From assembly GCA_038211045.1 (NCBI GenBank), contig JBBQWA010000001.1:1-51831 (forward strand): a stretch of DNA of 51,831 nucleotides. The letters are read 5' to 3'. This DNA comes from Gemmatales bacterium (lineage in GTDB: Bacteria > Planctomycetota > Planctomycetia > Gemmatales > Gemmataceae). Position 1 is the stretch's first letter; each line of letters starts with the position of its first letter. The notes under the pieces are model-generated. The model saw nothing but the letters and a program-made list of their open reading frames with translations. It made no database searches and was not told where the DNA came from. This document shows positions 18,656 through 29,078 of this stretch, piece by piece. Position numbers and translations under genes: made by a program.

Positions 18656-19405
18656 ATGCCGATCCACAACTGGAAAAAAGTCGATGCGGGGATCTTCCAC
18701 GATTTCCATCAACGCTGGTGTATCACCATCGGCGATGCGTTGAATGCCGCATTGCCGCCGGATCATTACGCGTTGATCGAACAAAGCTTAGTGAAAGATG
18801 ACCGGGGCCGTTTCGGCCCGGATGTTCTCACGCTGCACACCGGCGGCGATGGATCAACTCCTTTTGAAGGTTCCGGCGGTACCGCATTGCTCGCCCCGGC
18901 GCCCAAATTGGCCAACGTTGTGTTTTCGGACGCCGAGTACTACCGCCGAAAGAAGAACGTGATCGCAATACGACACGTCAGCGACGACCGCATCGTGGCG
19001 TCGATCGAGTTGGTTTCGCCGGGGAACAAATCGGGGAACCGGGCGGTTGCCGATTTCGTGACGAAAGCGTGCGAGCTGTTGATCCGCGGCATCCATCTAA
19101 TGATCGTCGATCTGTTTCCACCCACGCCGCGAGTTCCGATGGGTATTCAAGCCGCGATTTGGATGGAACTGGAAGAGGAAGAGGCCGAGCCGTTGCCGGA
19201 GGGGAAGGATCGTGTGGCGGTGAGTTACGAGTGCCTTGATGGCGGTGTTCGCGGGTATGTGGAACCGATCGGCTTGGGGGAACCGCTGCCCGATATGCCG
19301 ATCTTCCTCCGGCCCGACGGCTGCGTGATGGTGCCGCTGGAAAAAACGTATTCCTCGGCTTTCTCGACGGTACCCGCACGGTGGCGCCGGGTGATCGAAG
19401 ATTGA
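18656..19405 (+). CDS. DUF4058-family protein
   Basis: The N-terminus is MPIHNWKKVDAGIFHDFHQRW. The core IELVSPGNKSG...GIHLMIVDLFPP resembles the IEILSPxNK...EIDLL signature of DUF4058. Confidence 0.7.
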   Translation: MPIHNWKKVDAGIFHDFHQRWCITIGDALNAALPPDHYALIEQSLVKDDRGRFGPDVLTLHTGGDGSTPFEGSGGTALLAPAPKLANVVFSDAEYYRRKKNVIAIRHVSDDRIVASIELVSPGNKSGNRAVADFVTKACELLIRGIHLMIVDLFPPTPRVPMGIQAAIWMELEEEEAEPLPEGKDRVAVSYECLDGGVRGYVEPIGLGEPLPDMPIFLRPDGCVMVPLEKTYSSAFSTVPARWRRVIED

Positions 19406-19458
19406 ATTCGTGATCGATATGGACTCAAGGTCGAACTGTACTGAAGGCGAACGGAACC

Positions 19459-21777
19459 ATGAACGAAACTCTTCCCCCGGCCCCGCACCCGGAACCCGCG
19501 GCGGGCATGGGCGCCCTCTGGTCGAGCTTCAAACACATCGTGCAGAATCGCGGCGTTCTCCGCAACGTGCGATCGCTCTTCCGGGTGAATCAACCCGATG
19601 GTTTCGATTGCCCCGGCTGCGCCTGGCCCGATCCGAAAGAGGCATCCAAGCTAGGCGAATACTGCGAGAACGGCGTGAAAGCCGTGGCCTTCGAGACGAC
19701 CGCCAAACGGGTGACGCCCGAGTTCTTCGCCGCGCATTCCGTCGGCTGGTTGCGGCAACAGACCGGTCACTGGCTGGAAAATCAAGGGCGGCTCACGCAC
19801 CCGATGAAGTACAACCGAGCGAGCGACCGTTACGAAGCCATCGCATGGGAAGAGGCGTTCGCCCTCATCGGAACGCATTTGAAATCGTTGAAATCCCCGG
19901 GCGACGCGATCTTCTACACCTCCGGGCGAACCGGCAACGAAGCGGCGTTCCTCTACCAACTCTTCGCCCGCCGCTTCGGCACGAACAACTTGCCCGATTG
20001 TTCGAACATGTGCCACGAGAGCAGTGGCGCCGCCATGCTGCCCACACTCGGCGTGGGCAAAGGCACCGTCACGCTCGAGGATTTCGAGCACGCGGAGGCC
20101 ATCTTCGTGATCGGACAGAACCCCGGCACCAACCACCCGCGCATGCTCACCGAACTCGAGAATGCTTCCAAGCGCGGAGCGAAGATCGTCACGTTCAACC
20201 CGCTGCGCGAACCGGGCTTGGTGAGCTTCACCCACCCGAAGCACCCCCTGAGTACCCTGCTGCAGCGCGGCACGCCGATCAGCACCCACTACTACCAAGT
20301 GCAAATCGGCGGCGACCTCGCGGCCCTCACCGGGATGTGCAAGTATCTGTTGGAAGAACGTGGCGATTGTTTGGATCGGGCTTTCATCGCCTCGGAAACT
20401 GCCGGGTTCGATGCGTTTGAACAATCCATGAAAGCCGCGGATTGGGCCACCATTGAAGTGCAATCGGGTTTGAGCCGAACGCAGTTGGTCGAAGCCGCGG
20501 AAGTGTACGCAAAGGCGAAGAGCACGATCATCTGCTGGGCGATGGGCCTCACGCAACACAAACACGCGGTGGCCACCATTCAAATGGTGGTGAATCTGTT
20601 GCTCCTCTGCGGCAACATCGGCCGTGCGGGTGCGGGCGCTTGCCCGGTGCGCGGGCACTCGAATGTGCAGGGGGATCGCACCATGGGAATCGTCGAACGC
20701 CCGAGCGCGGCGTTCAACGAATCGCTGCACCGGGTGTTCGGGTTTGAACCGCCGCAGCACCACGGGCACGATGTTGTGGGGGCGATCAACGCGATGGCCG
20801 AAGGCCCCGGCAAGGTGTTCCTCGGCTTGGGGGGGAACTTCGCCGCGGCCACGCCCGATACCGAATTCACAGAAAAAGCCTTGGAACGCTGCGAACTCAC
20901 GGTTCACATCAGCACCAAATTGAATCGCAGCCACCTCGTGATGGGAAAGCAGGCCCTCATTCTGCCGTGCCTCGGCCGAAGCGAAATCGATGTGCAAGCG
21001 ACCGGCCCGCAGAAGGTAACCGTCGAAGATTCGATGAGCATGGTTCATGCCTCGCAGGGGAAGAACCCACCCGCTTCGGAACATTTGAAATCCGAAGTCG
21101 CCATCGTTTGCGGCATCGCCGAGGCGGTATTCTCACCCTCTCTCCTCGAAGGAGAGGGTGGCGGTGAGCGGAGCGAAATGCGGGGAGAGGGGGAAATCGA
21201 GTGGGGGGAGTTTCAGAACGATTACCGCATCATCCGGGCCAAGATCGCGGAGACGCTACCCGCGTTGTTTGAGAATTACGAAGAACGCCTGAACGTTCCG
21301 GGCGGCTTCTACCTCGGCAACTCGGCCCGCGATCGCCGATGGGCAACGCCCAACGCTAAGGCGAATTTCACCCCCCACGCGATCGCGGATCTCACCCTCC
21401 CACCCGGGCAATTGCGATTGATGACGATCCGCAGCCACGATCAGTTCAACACCACGGTGTACGACCTGAACGACCGTTACCGCGGCATCCACGGTACCCG
21501 CATGGTGATCTTCCTCCATGCGCAAGACATCGCGGAACGCGGATTGAAGGAAGGCGATACGGTCACGCTGACGAGCCACACGAAGGAAGACGGGTTGGCG
21601 CGTTCGGCCCCCGGTTTCCGCGTCGTGGCGTACGACATCCCCATCGGCTGCTCGGCCGCGTACTTCCCGGAAACGAACGGTTTGGTATCGAAGGATTCGT
21701 TCGCGGAGGTGAGCCGCACGCCGCTCTCGAAGTTCATCCCGATCACGGTGGCGAAGTCGCCGAGCGCGCTTGGCTAA
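19459..21777 (+). CDS. FdhF/YdeP-family molybdopterin oxidoreductase
   Basis: 772 aa. The N-terminal sequence FRVNQPDGFDCPGCAWPDPKE...YCENGVKAVAFE is characteristic of YdeP-like enzymes. Molybdopterin-binding and C-terminal barrel regions are present. Confidence 0.9.
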   Translation: MNETLPPAPHPEPAAGMGALWSSFKHIVQNRGVLRNVRSLFRVNQPDGFDCPGCAWPDPKEASKLGEYCENGVKAVAFETTAKRVTPEFFAAHSVGWLRQQTGHWLENQGRLTHPMKYNRASDRYEAIAWEEAFALIGTHLKSLKSPGDAIFYTSGRTGNEAAFLYQLFARRFGTNNLPDCSNMCHESSGAAMLPTLGVGKGTVTLEDFEHAEAIFVIGQNPGTNHPRMLTELENASKRGAKIVTFNPLREPGLVSFTHPKHPLSTLLQRGTPISTHYYQVQIGGDLAALTGMCKYLLEERGDCLDRAFIASETAGFDAFEQSMKAADWATIEVQSGLSRTQLVEAAEVYAKAKSTIICWAMGLTQHKHAVATIQMVVNLLLLCGNIGRAGAGACPVRGHSNVQGDRTMGIVERPSAAFNESLHRVFGFEPPQHHGHDVVGAINAMAEGPGKVFLGLGGNFAAATPDTEFTEKALERCELTVHISTKLNRSHLVMGKQALILPCLGRSEIDVQATGPQKVTVEDSMSMVHASQGKNPPASEHLKSEVAIVCGIAEAVFSPSLLEGEGGGERSEMRGEGEIEWGEFQNDYRIIRAKIAETLPALFENYEERLNVPGGFYLGNSARDRRWATPNAKANFTPHAIADLTLPPGQLRLMTIRSHDQFNTTVYDLNDRYRGIHGTRMVIFLHAQDIAERGLKEGDTVTLTSHTKEDGLARSAPGFRVVAYDIPIGCSAAYFPETNGLVSKDSFAEVSRTPLSKFIPITVAKSPSALG
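21132..21193. repeat. Imperfect palindromic G/C-rich element lying in frame inside the YdeP-family gene
   Basis: The sequence ctcaccctctctcc-tcgaa-ggagagggtggcggtgag is followed by ggggagaggggg. It encodes SPSLLEGEGGGERSEMRGEGE. The 11-mer accctctctcc recurs in the intergenic region at 8451. Confidence 0.6.
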
Positions 21778-21830
21778 GGTACCCAGTAGTAGCGGGCGGG
21801 GAGAGGGGTAAACGAATTCCGCCGTTCGCC

Positions 21831-23126
21831 TCACGGGGTAGCTGCGGGCCTCTGCTCTCCGTAAGGGGCCGTGAAGTAATCGAACATGATCCGCCGGTTC
21901 TCTTCGGTATCGAACTTCACGCGGATGTAGGCGGCCTTGCCCTGTTGGTTGTAACTTACCGATTGCAAGAACTCGCCCCACGTCTTCTTCATGCCGACGA
22001 TGGAAAGATTCGTCCGCATGTAATTGGGGGCATTGGATTCGTCCCCTTTGCCGAGCGGGCCTTCCTGCATGGCCTTCAGCAGCTCCTTGGCTTCGTTGGA
22101 CGTGGCGCATTCGATCCCGGCTCCGCAGCGCAAGCCGTTGCTCCCGAACGTAGACCAAAGGGCGAGGGTGGGCGCGGCTTTCGTGAGGTTGGCCAACTTC
22201 GTCATTTCTTTGTCTTGCGCCGTCACGTCGCCCAACGCGGTGAAGAATGTCTTCTCAGAGCCGACGGATCGAATGATCGTCCAGAAGTGCGACTTGAGGG
22301 CGAGCTTGCCGACGTCGCCGATTTTCTTGTTCATGGCCTCGGCGGGTTTGTTCACCGCGAGATTCGCGGCCTCGGCCGCGGCCACGCCGTTGAGATCGTT
22401 CCGGGTGACCACGATCAGATTGCTCGTGGGGCAATCGACCACGGTGCCTCGGAGGAACGGGAGTTCGTTGCCCGCATCGAAGGCGTAGAAAGTGCGGCCC
22501 CCCGGATCTTTCGCGGTGCGGATGTTCTCGATCCCACCCACCTTGTTCCGATCGTAACGATCCTTGATCCGGAAGAGGTAGAGTTCCACCCCGGATCCGC
22601 GAACGCCCCCGGAGCGGGCGATGATGAGGTAACCCAGCTTTTCCACGTTCACGCCCAAACCCTTGGCGATCACGGCGAAGCCGTCTTGCATTTCTTGGGT
22701 GTACACGGTGGCCACTTCCCCTTTGTAGCCGGGCATCTTCCGCATCTGTTCGAGGTTCACCCCGCGGATGACGGGATAACTCTCGGGCACCACGGCGATC
22801 AAATCTTCGACCCGGGCCGCCCGGTTCAAGATGAACCAGATCCCGCCGAGGGCGAAGATGAGCGCCAACATGGCTCCGCCGACGATGCCCAAGAGGGCGA
22901 ATTCGTTCATGAATTCGCGGGCTTGCGTTTCCACGACCTTGCCCTTCTTCCCCTTCTTGATCGGCTTCGATTCGTCCGGCGGTTTGACCTTCGGTTCTTC
23001 CGACGTGCTGTTCCGCACCGGGAACTCGGTTCCGCACTTCGGGCAATCGATCATCGTGCCGACGGGTGGTGAGGCATCGAGGCGGAGCTTGGCCTGGCAC
23101 GACGGGCAACGCAGTACGACGGACAT
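21831..23126 (-). CDS. Zinc-ribbon (MJ0042-like) single-pass membrane protein, function unknown
   Basis: N-terminal RCPSCQAKLRL...DCPKCGTEFPV, a Lys-rich linker, a TM helix (FALLGIVGGAMLALIFALGGIWFIL), then a roughly 330-aa domain. Confidence 0.7.
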   Translation of the reverse strand: MSVVLRCPSCQAKLRLDASPPVGTMIDCPKCGTEFPVRNSTSEEPKVKPPDESKPIKKGKKGKVVETQAREFMNEFALLGIVGGAMLALIFALGGIWFILNRAARVEDLIAVVPESYPVIRGVNLEQMRKMPGYKGEVATVYTQEMQDGFAVIAKGLGVNVEKLGYLIIARSGGVRGSGVELYLFRIKDRYDRNKVGGIENIRTAKDPGGRTFYAFDAGNELPFLRGTVVDCPTSNLIVVTRNDLNGVAAAEAANLAVNKPAEAMNKKIGDVGKLALKSHFWTIIRSVGSEKTFFTALGDVTAQDKEMTKLANLTKAAPTLALWSTFGSNGLRCGAGIECATSNEAKELLKAMQEGPLGKGDESNAPNYMRTNLSIVGMKKTWGEFLQSVSYNQQGKAAYIRVKFDTEENRRIMFDYFTAPYGEQRPAATP

Positions 23127-23350
23127 AGGGAAACCCCGAGCGAATGGGTCGATGTGAGAAAGTGTATCGCGCCGAACGGATGCACGCCAGAAGGACGCGG
23201 AGGTATGTGTTGCTGTCGGTCAGGAATCGAATGCCAATGTTTTCCCCGAGCGGCGGGCGTGCGCCCTCCGCTGCGATTCTGCCCTGCCTTCTCCGCCGCG
23301 CTGCGCCATACAACAACGGGGTTCCCTTTCTACAACGGGGTGGCGAAGCG

Positions 23351-24205
23351 ATGGCGACCCAAGTTTGGATCAACGGCCAATACTTCGACAAATACGAAGC
23401 CAAGGTTTCGGTTTACGATCACGGCTTTCTCTACGGCGACGGCGTGTTCGAGGGCATCCGCATCTATGCCGGAAAGGTATTCAAACACCGCGAACACATC
23501 GAACGCCTCTACGATTCCGCCAAGGCTATTGCGCTCCACATTCCGATGACCCCGGAAGCGTTGATGAAGGCCGTGGAAGCGGCGGTGGCCCACAACGCGA
23601 AGGTGGAAGGCTACATCCGCCTCGTGGTGAGCCGCGGCGCCGGTTCCTTGGGCTTGGATCCGCGCAAGTGCGAACCCCAGATCATCATCATCGTGGACGA
23701 AATCAGCCTCTACCCCAAGGAACTCTACGAGAGCGGCTTGGAGATCATTACGGCCAGCACCATCCGCAACCACCCCAACGCGCTGAGCCCGCGGGTGAAA
23801 TCGCTCAACTATTTGAACAACATTCTCGCCAAGATCGAAGCGATCCGCGCCGGTTGCCTCGAAGCGATCATGCTGAACCACGTGGGGAACGTGGCCGAAT
23901 GCACCGCCGATAATCTCTTCATCGTGAAGCGCGGCACCCTGAAAACCCCGCCCACCGACGCCGGTATCCTCGAAGGAGTCACGCGGAACTTCGTGATGGA
24001 ACTCGCCGCGAAGTCCGGCGTGCCCGTGCAAGAAGTGAACCTCACCCGTTACGACATTTACAGCGCGGACGAAATGTTCCTCACCGGCTCCGGGGCGGAG
24101 ATCATCGCCGTGACGAAGGTGGACGATCGCACCATCGGCGACGGCACACAAGGCCCGACCACCCGGAAACTCCGCGAACTGTTCGCCAAGGCCGTCCGGG
24201 AGTGA
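23351..24205 (+). CDS. ilvE: Branched-chain amino acid aminotransferase (class IV)
   Basis: Start MATQVWINGQYF. Motifs: HGFLYGDGVFEGIRIY, VSRGAGSLGLDP, the catalytic-Lys region RVKSLNYLNNILAK, and EMFLTGSGAEI. Confidence 0.9.
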   Translation: MATQVWINGQYFDKYEAKVSVYDHGFLYGDGVFEGIRIYAGKVFKHREHIERLYDSAKAIALHIPMTPEALMKAVEAAVAHNAKVEGYIRLVVSRGAGSLGLDPRKCEPQIIIIVDEISLYPKELYESGLEIITASTIRNHPNALSPRVKSLNYLNNILAKIEAIRAGCLEAIMLNHVGNVAECTADNLFIVKRGTLKTPPTDAGILEGVTRNFVMELAAKSGVPVQEVNLTRYDIYSADEMFLTGSGAEIIAVTKVDDRTIGDGTQGPTTRKLRELFAKAVRE

Positions 24206-24315
24206 TGCGAATCCGCTGATCGCGCTCCCCCCAAACGGATCAAACGGATTTCCTTCCCCCGTTCCATCGGCGGCCTTTCAAATACACTAGCGGTTCACCA
24301 TTCCGGAGAATTGCC

Positions 24316-25743
24316 ATGCTGCCGAATAGCGCCGACAACGCCTTGAAAGTGGATACGCACAATAAGGCGTTGCGCATCAACATGGATGCCCGGCGGTACG
24401 GTACGCTCGCCGAGATCGGCGCCGGCCAAGAAGTGGCCCGTTGGTTCTTCCGGGTCGGCGGGGCGGCCGGCACCGTGGCCAAGAGTATGTCCGCGTACGA
24501 CATGACCGTGAGCGACGCCATCTATGGCGAAGCCACCCGCTACGTCAGCCGGGAACGCCTCGAAGCGATGCTCCAACACGAGCACTCGCTCAATCTCGAA
24601 CGGCTCTCCGATGGCCGCGGCGATAGCACCGCGTTCTACGCGTTCGCCGATACCGTCAGCGCCCGCAACTACCAAGGCACCAACGAATGCCACGGCTGGA
24701 TGGGCGTGCGCTACCAAGTGTACCCGCGCGACGAAGACAGCCAGATCATCATCCATTTCCGCTTGCTCGATAACACGAACATTCTCCAGCAAGAAGCCAT
24801 CGGCATCCTCGGCGTCAACCTGATGTTCGGCGCGTTCACCTTGCACCACGAAGCCGATCAGTTGATCCAATCGCTGCACGATAACCTCGGCCCGGCCCGC
24901 GTCGAAGTGGACATGATCGAGTTCAGCGGCATCGGCTACCGCGCCATCGATAACCGCATCATGAGTTTGAACCTCGTGCAGCGCGGCCTCAGCAAAGCGG
25001 CGATGTTCGGCCCGGATGGCAAAGTCCTTTTGCCCAGCGATGTCTTCTACAAACGCCCCGTGCTCGTCGAACGCGGCAGCTTCCGCCCAGTCACCAAGGT
25101 GAACCTCGATATCCTCCGCGCGGCCAAGGAATCCTTCGCCGCGCGCTTGCCCGCCGAGGATCGCGAACGGATCGTGTGCGTGGCCGAACTCACCATGCGC
25201 AATTTGAACGACGGGAACGCCAGCCCCAACATCCGCGACTTCCTCAGCCGCGCGGATGTTCTCTCCGCGGCCGGATTGACGGTGCTGGTATCCGATTACT
25301 TCGAGTTTTACCGCTTGGCGAGTTTCCTCCGGAACATGACGCCGAAGCCGTTGGGCTTGGCCATGGGCGCCGTAACCATCCCGGAAATCTTCAACCCGGA
25401 ATACTACGCCACATTGGAAGGGGGCCTGCTGGAATCGATCGGTCGCTTGTTCAAAGGCGACATGACACTGTTCATCTACCCGTACTGCGATAGAGTCACG
25501 GGCAATCTGACGACGGTGGAATCGATGGAACTCCCGCCGATCGCAAAGCCGTTGTACGATTATGTGAATCAAACGAACCAGTTGGTTTCGCTCGAAAACC
25601 ACGATCCGACGTGCGCCCGGATCGATAGCCGCGATGTGCTCAAGAAGATCGCGTCCGGCGATACGAGTTGGGAGGAGATGGTGCCGCCGGCGATCGTGGA
25701 ACTCATCAAAGAGCGCAACCTCTTCGGGCACAAGAAGAGGTGA
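24316..25743 (+). CDS. Conserved cytoplasmic protein of unknown function
   Basis: 475-aa clean ORF with blocks that look conserved (YDMTVSDAIYGEATRYVS, NECHGWMGVRYQ, IIHFRLLDNTNILQQEAIGILGVNLMFGAF, GDTSWEEMVPPAIVELIKERNLFG). I cannot assign a family. Confidence 0.8.
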   Translation: MLPNSADNALKVDTHNKALRINMDARRYGTLAEIGAGQEVARWFFRVGGAAGTVAKSMSAYDMTVSDAIYGEATRYVSRERLEAMLQHEHSLNLERLSDGRGDSTAFYAFADTVSARNYQGTNECHGWMGVRYQVYPRDEDSQIIIHFRLLDNTNILQQEAIGILGVNLMFGAFTLHHEADQLIQSLHDNLGPARVEVDMIEFSGIGYRAIDNRIMSLNLVQRGLSKAAMFGPDGKVLLPSDVFYKRPVLVERGSFRPVTKVNLDILRAAKESFAARLPAEDRERIVCVAELTMRNLNDGNASPNIRDFLSRADVLSAAGLTVLVSDYFEFYRLASFLRNMTPKPLGLAMGAVTIPEIFNPEYYATLEGGLLESIGRLFKGDMTLFIYPYCDRVTGNLTTVESMELPPIAKPLYDYVNQTNQLVSLENHDPTCARIDSRDVLKKIASGDTSWEEMVPPAIVELIKERNLFGHKKR

Positions 25744-25793
25744 CCGGCCTTCGCTCCCGCACCCCGCGCGATACAATTCCAACGTTGGTGATC

Positions 25794-25866
25794 GCCCTCG
25801 TAGCTCAGGGGATAGAGCACGGGTTTCCTAAACTCGGGGTCGCTGGTTCGAATCCAGCCTTGGGCA
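25794..25866 (+). tRNA. tRNA-Arg (anticodon CCT)
   Basis: Hand-folded cloverleaf: acceptor GCCCTCG, D-arm GCTC-AGGGGATA-GAGC, anticodon arm CGGGT-TTCCTAA-ACTCG, variable loop GGGTC, T-arm GCTGG-TTCGAAT-CCAGC, 3' acceptor CTTGGGC plus A73. No CCA is encoded. Pairs 5-68 (T.T) and 6-67 (C.T) are mismatched. Confidence 0.75.
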
Positions 25867-25945
25867 TTATCGAAGCCTTGTCTTTGCGTTCGTTCCCGCG
25901 AATAGATGGTTCCACCCGAGCGGTAGGCGTAAGCCCGTAGAAGAA

Positions 25946-27259
25946 TCAGTGGGCCGTGCGGTGTTTCTTGGCCCGATGGGCACGGACGGAATGCGGAAAC
26001 AACTGTTCGAGATTCAACGTGCCGTACTCGTTGAACGGCCATTCGGCGGCTTCGCCTTGCACTTCCGTACCGGGAATGGTCTTGCAATCGTCCAACAGCG
26101 GCGCGGTGATCCAGAGGTGTTCGACTTCCAGCGTGTTGGGAATGATGGCCAATCGCACTTTGTCGAAGTCGGGCTGCCAGCAAGTATCCACGGAGGCTTC
26201 GATACATTCGCGGTCGGTGCCGAAGGCGATGGGGAGTTTGCTTCGCCAGAGGAAGCGTGCGGTGAGGTTGTTCATTTCAAAAGGACGGCTCCAGATCGAT
26301 TTCAACGCTTTGGCGGTGGTGAGGTCGGCGATGCCGATGCCGGTGCCGTTGCCGTCCGAATCGGGGGAGATGTCCAAACACGCCATGCGGGTGATGCTGG
26401 GTTTGTTGGTTTCCATGTGCGGGTGGGCTTCGATGAGCAGCCGGCCGACCACGTTGGGATCCATACCGGCGCCGGAGTAGTTCTTGCCGCTTTCGCCGAC
26501 GATCAACACGTCGAGTTGGTCGAACGGGATGCGGCCCATGAGTTGGAAGGCTTCTTTCAGCAACTTCGGCTCATGATCGAGGACGCGCTCGTTGGGCACG
26601 ATTTCGAGGCGGGCGGTTTGCTCCTTGGCATTCTCAAGTATGGCAAGCGCTCCGAGGAACTTCGTCTCCTTCAGGATTACTTTCACCGTCTCGGGCATCA
26701 TCTCGCGGAGGCCGCGCACGCCGAAGCGGTGGTGCTGATCGGCCCCGTGGCGTTTGCCCAACCCGATCACAAGCATCTTCACGATGCCGCTTTCGTAGTC
26801 GCCGCGGAAATCGGTGTGCGGCTTCACCCGGCTGACGGTGACCACGCCATCGGCGCCGAAGGCGTGTTGATCCCACCAGACCGGTTCGCCCCAGGAATTG
26901 GTGCCGATTTGCTTCGGTTCCATCTCGCACTTCACCGGCACGCCGAGGCTGGCTTCATCGATGTTGTAATGTGAAAGGAGGCTGCGTTGGCCGTCGTTGG
27001 TGGCACCGCCGTGGGAACCCATGGCTGCGACGACGAACGGCTCGGCGCCGAAAGCCTTCATGGCATCGACGGTCGCCTTCGCCAAGATGCCGTGGTTCTT
27101 GATGCCGCGGCTGCCGCAGCCCACAGCGATCTTCATGCCGGGGAGGATGCGGGCCGCGACGGGCGATTCTTTCCACACGCGCCGGGCTTCGCCATACACG
27201 TCTTCCACGGCGGGTTGCGGGGCAGTCTGGCGGACGGGCAGGATTTTGGGGAGGTTCAT
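25946..27259 (-). CDS. LarA-like / DUF2088 (lactate racemase N-terminal domain) family protein
   Basis: 437 aa. The segment IAVGCGSRGI...AAMGSHGGATNDGQ and the overall length resemble the nickel-pincer racemase-like DUF2088 family. Assigned from memory only. Confidence 0.65.
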   Translation of the reverse strand: MNLPKILPVRQTAPQPAVEDVYGEARRVWKESPVAARILPGMKIAVGCGSRGIKNHGILAKATVDAMKAFGAEPFVVAAMGSHGGATNDGQRSLLSHYNIDEASLGVPVKCEMEPKQIGTNSWGEPVWWDQHAFGADGVVTVSRVKPHTDFRGDYESGIVKMLVIGLGKRHGADQHHRFGVRGLREMMPETVKVILKETKFLGALAILENAKEQTARLEIVPNERVLDHEPKLLKEAFQLMGRIPFDQLDVLIVGESGKNYSGAGMDPNVVGRLLIEAHPHMETNKPSITRMACLDISPDSDGNGTGIGIADLTTAKALKSIWSRPFEMNNLTARFLWRSKLPIAFGTDRECIEASVDTCWQPDFDKVRLAIIPNTLEVEHLWITAPLLDDCKTIPGTEVQGEAAEWPFNEYGTLNLEQLFPHSVRAHRAKKHRTAH

Positions 27260-27366
27260 ATGGGGCGGGTGTGGGGTAAGAACTATGGGTCAGGCCACAG
27301 TGGAGTGGGCGGCGGAACCGCGCTAGTTTCGGGCGAGGGTGTTTCCGGCACGCTCTCGGCACTCGT

Positions 27367-27767
27367 TTAAGGTCGGCCGAATGGCCGGAGATCGACCCGG
27401 CCAATTTCTTTTTCCTTCTCCCGAAGGTAGCGGCACATGGCGCCTCGACTCGCTTTCGCATGTTGGGATTGGCGAGGTGGGCACAGTTCCAAGTTAGTAA
27501 GTATTCTACAGCATGAACCGCGACGTGAGCGATTTGAACGGCGTCTACCTCTGCGTTCGACGGAAACGGAACACCGGCGGTTAGCACAATGGCCAACTCG
27601 TCCACTTGTTCTGTAGTGGTCAACAACGAAACATCCGCGATTGCCGCGAGTCGGGCCGCCGCTGCCCTGGGATGAACGCTTGCGCATTCCCGGATCACGA
27701 GTTCGGGCCAGAGCCTCGATTTGGGCAGTCCCTTGTCGATGTCGCACAGTTTCACTACTCTTTCCAT
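27367..27767 (-). pseudogene. Remnant of a PIN-like (VapC-type) toxin gene, N-terminally truncated and probably frameshifted
   Basis: The block DAVQIAHVAVHAVEYLLTWNCAHLANPNMRKRVEA matches the C-terminal signature (D..HIA.A...G.DYLLTWNC.HIAN) of a PIN family common in cyanobacteria and planctomycetes. The N-terminal acidic PIN residues are missing. After about 27445 this frame runs 300 nt into the LarA-like gene. A second frame (...AMCRYLREKEKEIGRVDLRPFGRP*) stops at 27367. Confidence 0.4.
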
Positions 27768-27880
27768 TGCTGAGATTGAGTCTCAGAATCAAACCCGATC
27801 AGCCTGCTTTGCCAGCCGAGTAGTGGACCGCCTCCCTATTGCCAGCAATGCGGCTCACTTTATTCAAGGAGTGCTGCCCC

Positions 27881-28840
<960 letters not shown>

Positions 28841-29078
28841 CTCTGGGGAACGATACCGGCCAAGGGAGGCGTTGCCGCTGTGAATCCCGGATTGTTCACC
28901 TTCGTCGGCGGCAAGGGCCTGAGCGTGATCGGCAAGTTGGCGGACGCCCTCGGCTACCTCCGCAATCAGCAAGGGCGGATAAAAGGGACGGAGAAATTAA
29001 TTGCAAACCATGTCGCACACCTTAAGTCTTCGAGCAGAGCGCTCCGCTCGAAAACTCGCGTCGCGGCTAAACAACACA

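Noticed and set aside
25867-27830. Possible tRNA-associated genomic island
   Set aside because: There is no integrase. I found no direct repeat of the tRNA 3' end anywhere in the window on either strand. The first downstream gene is an ordinary LarA-like enzyme.
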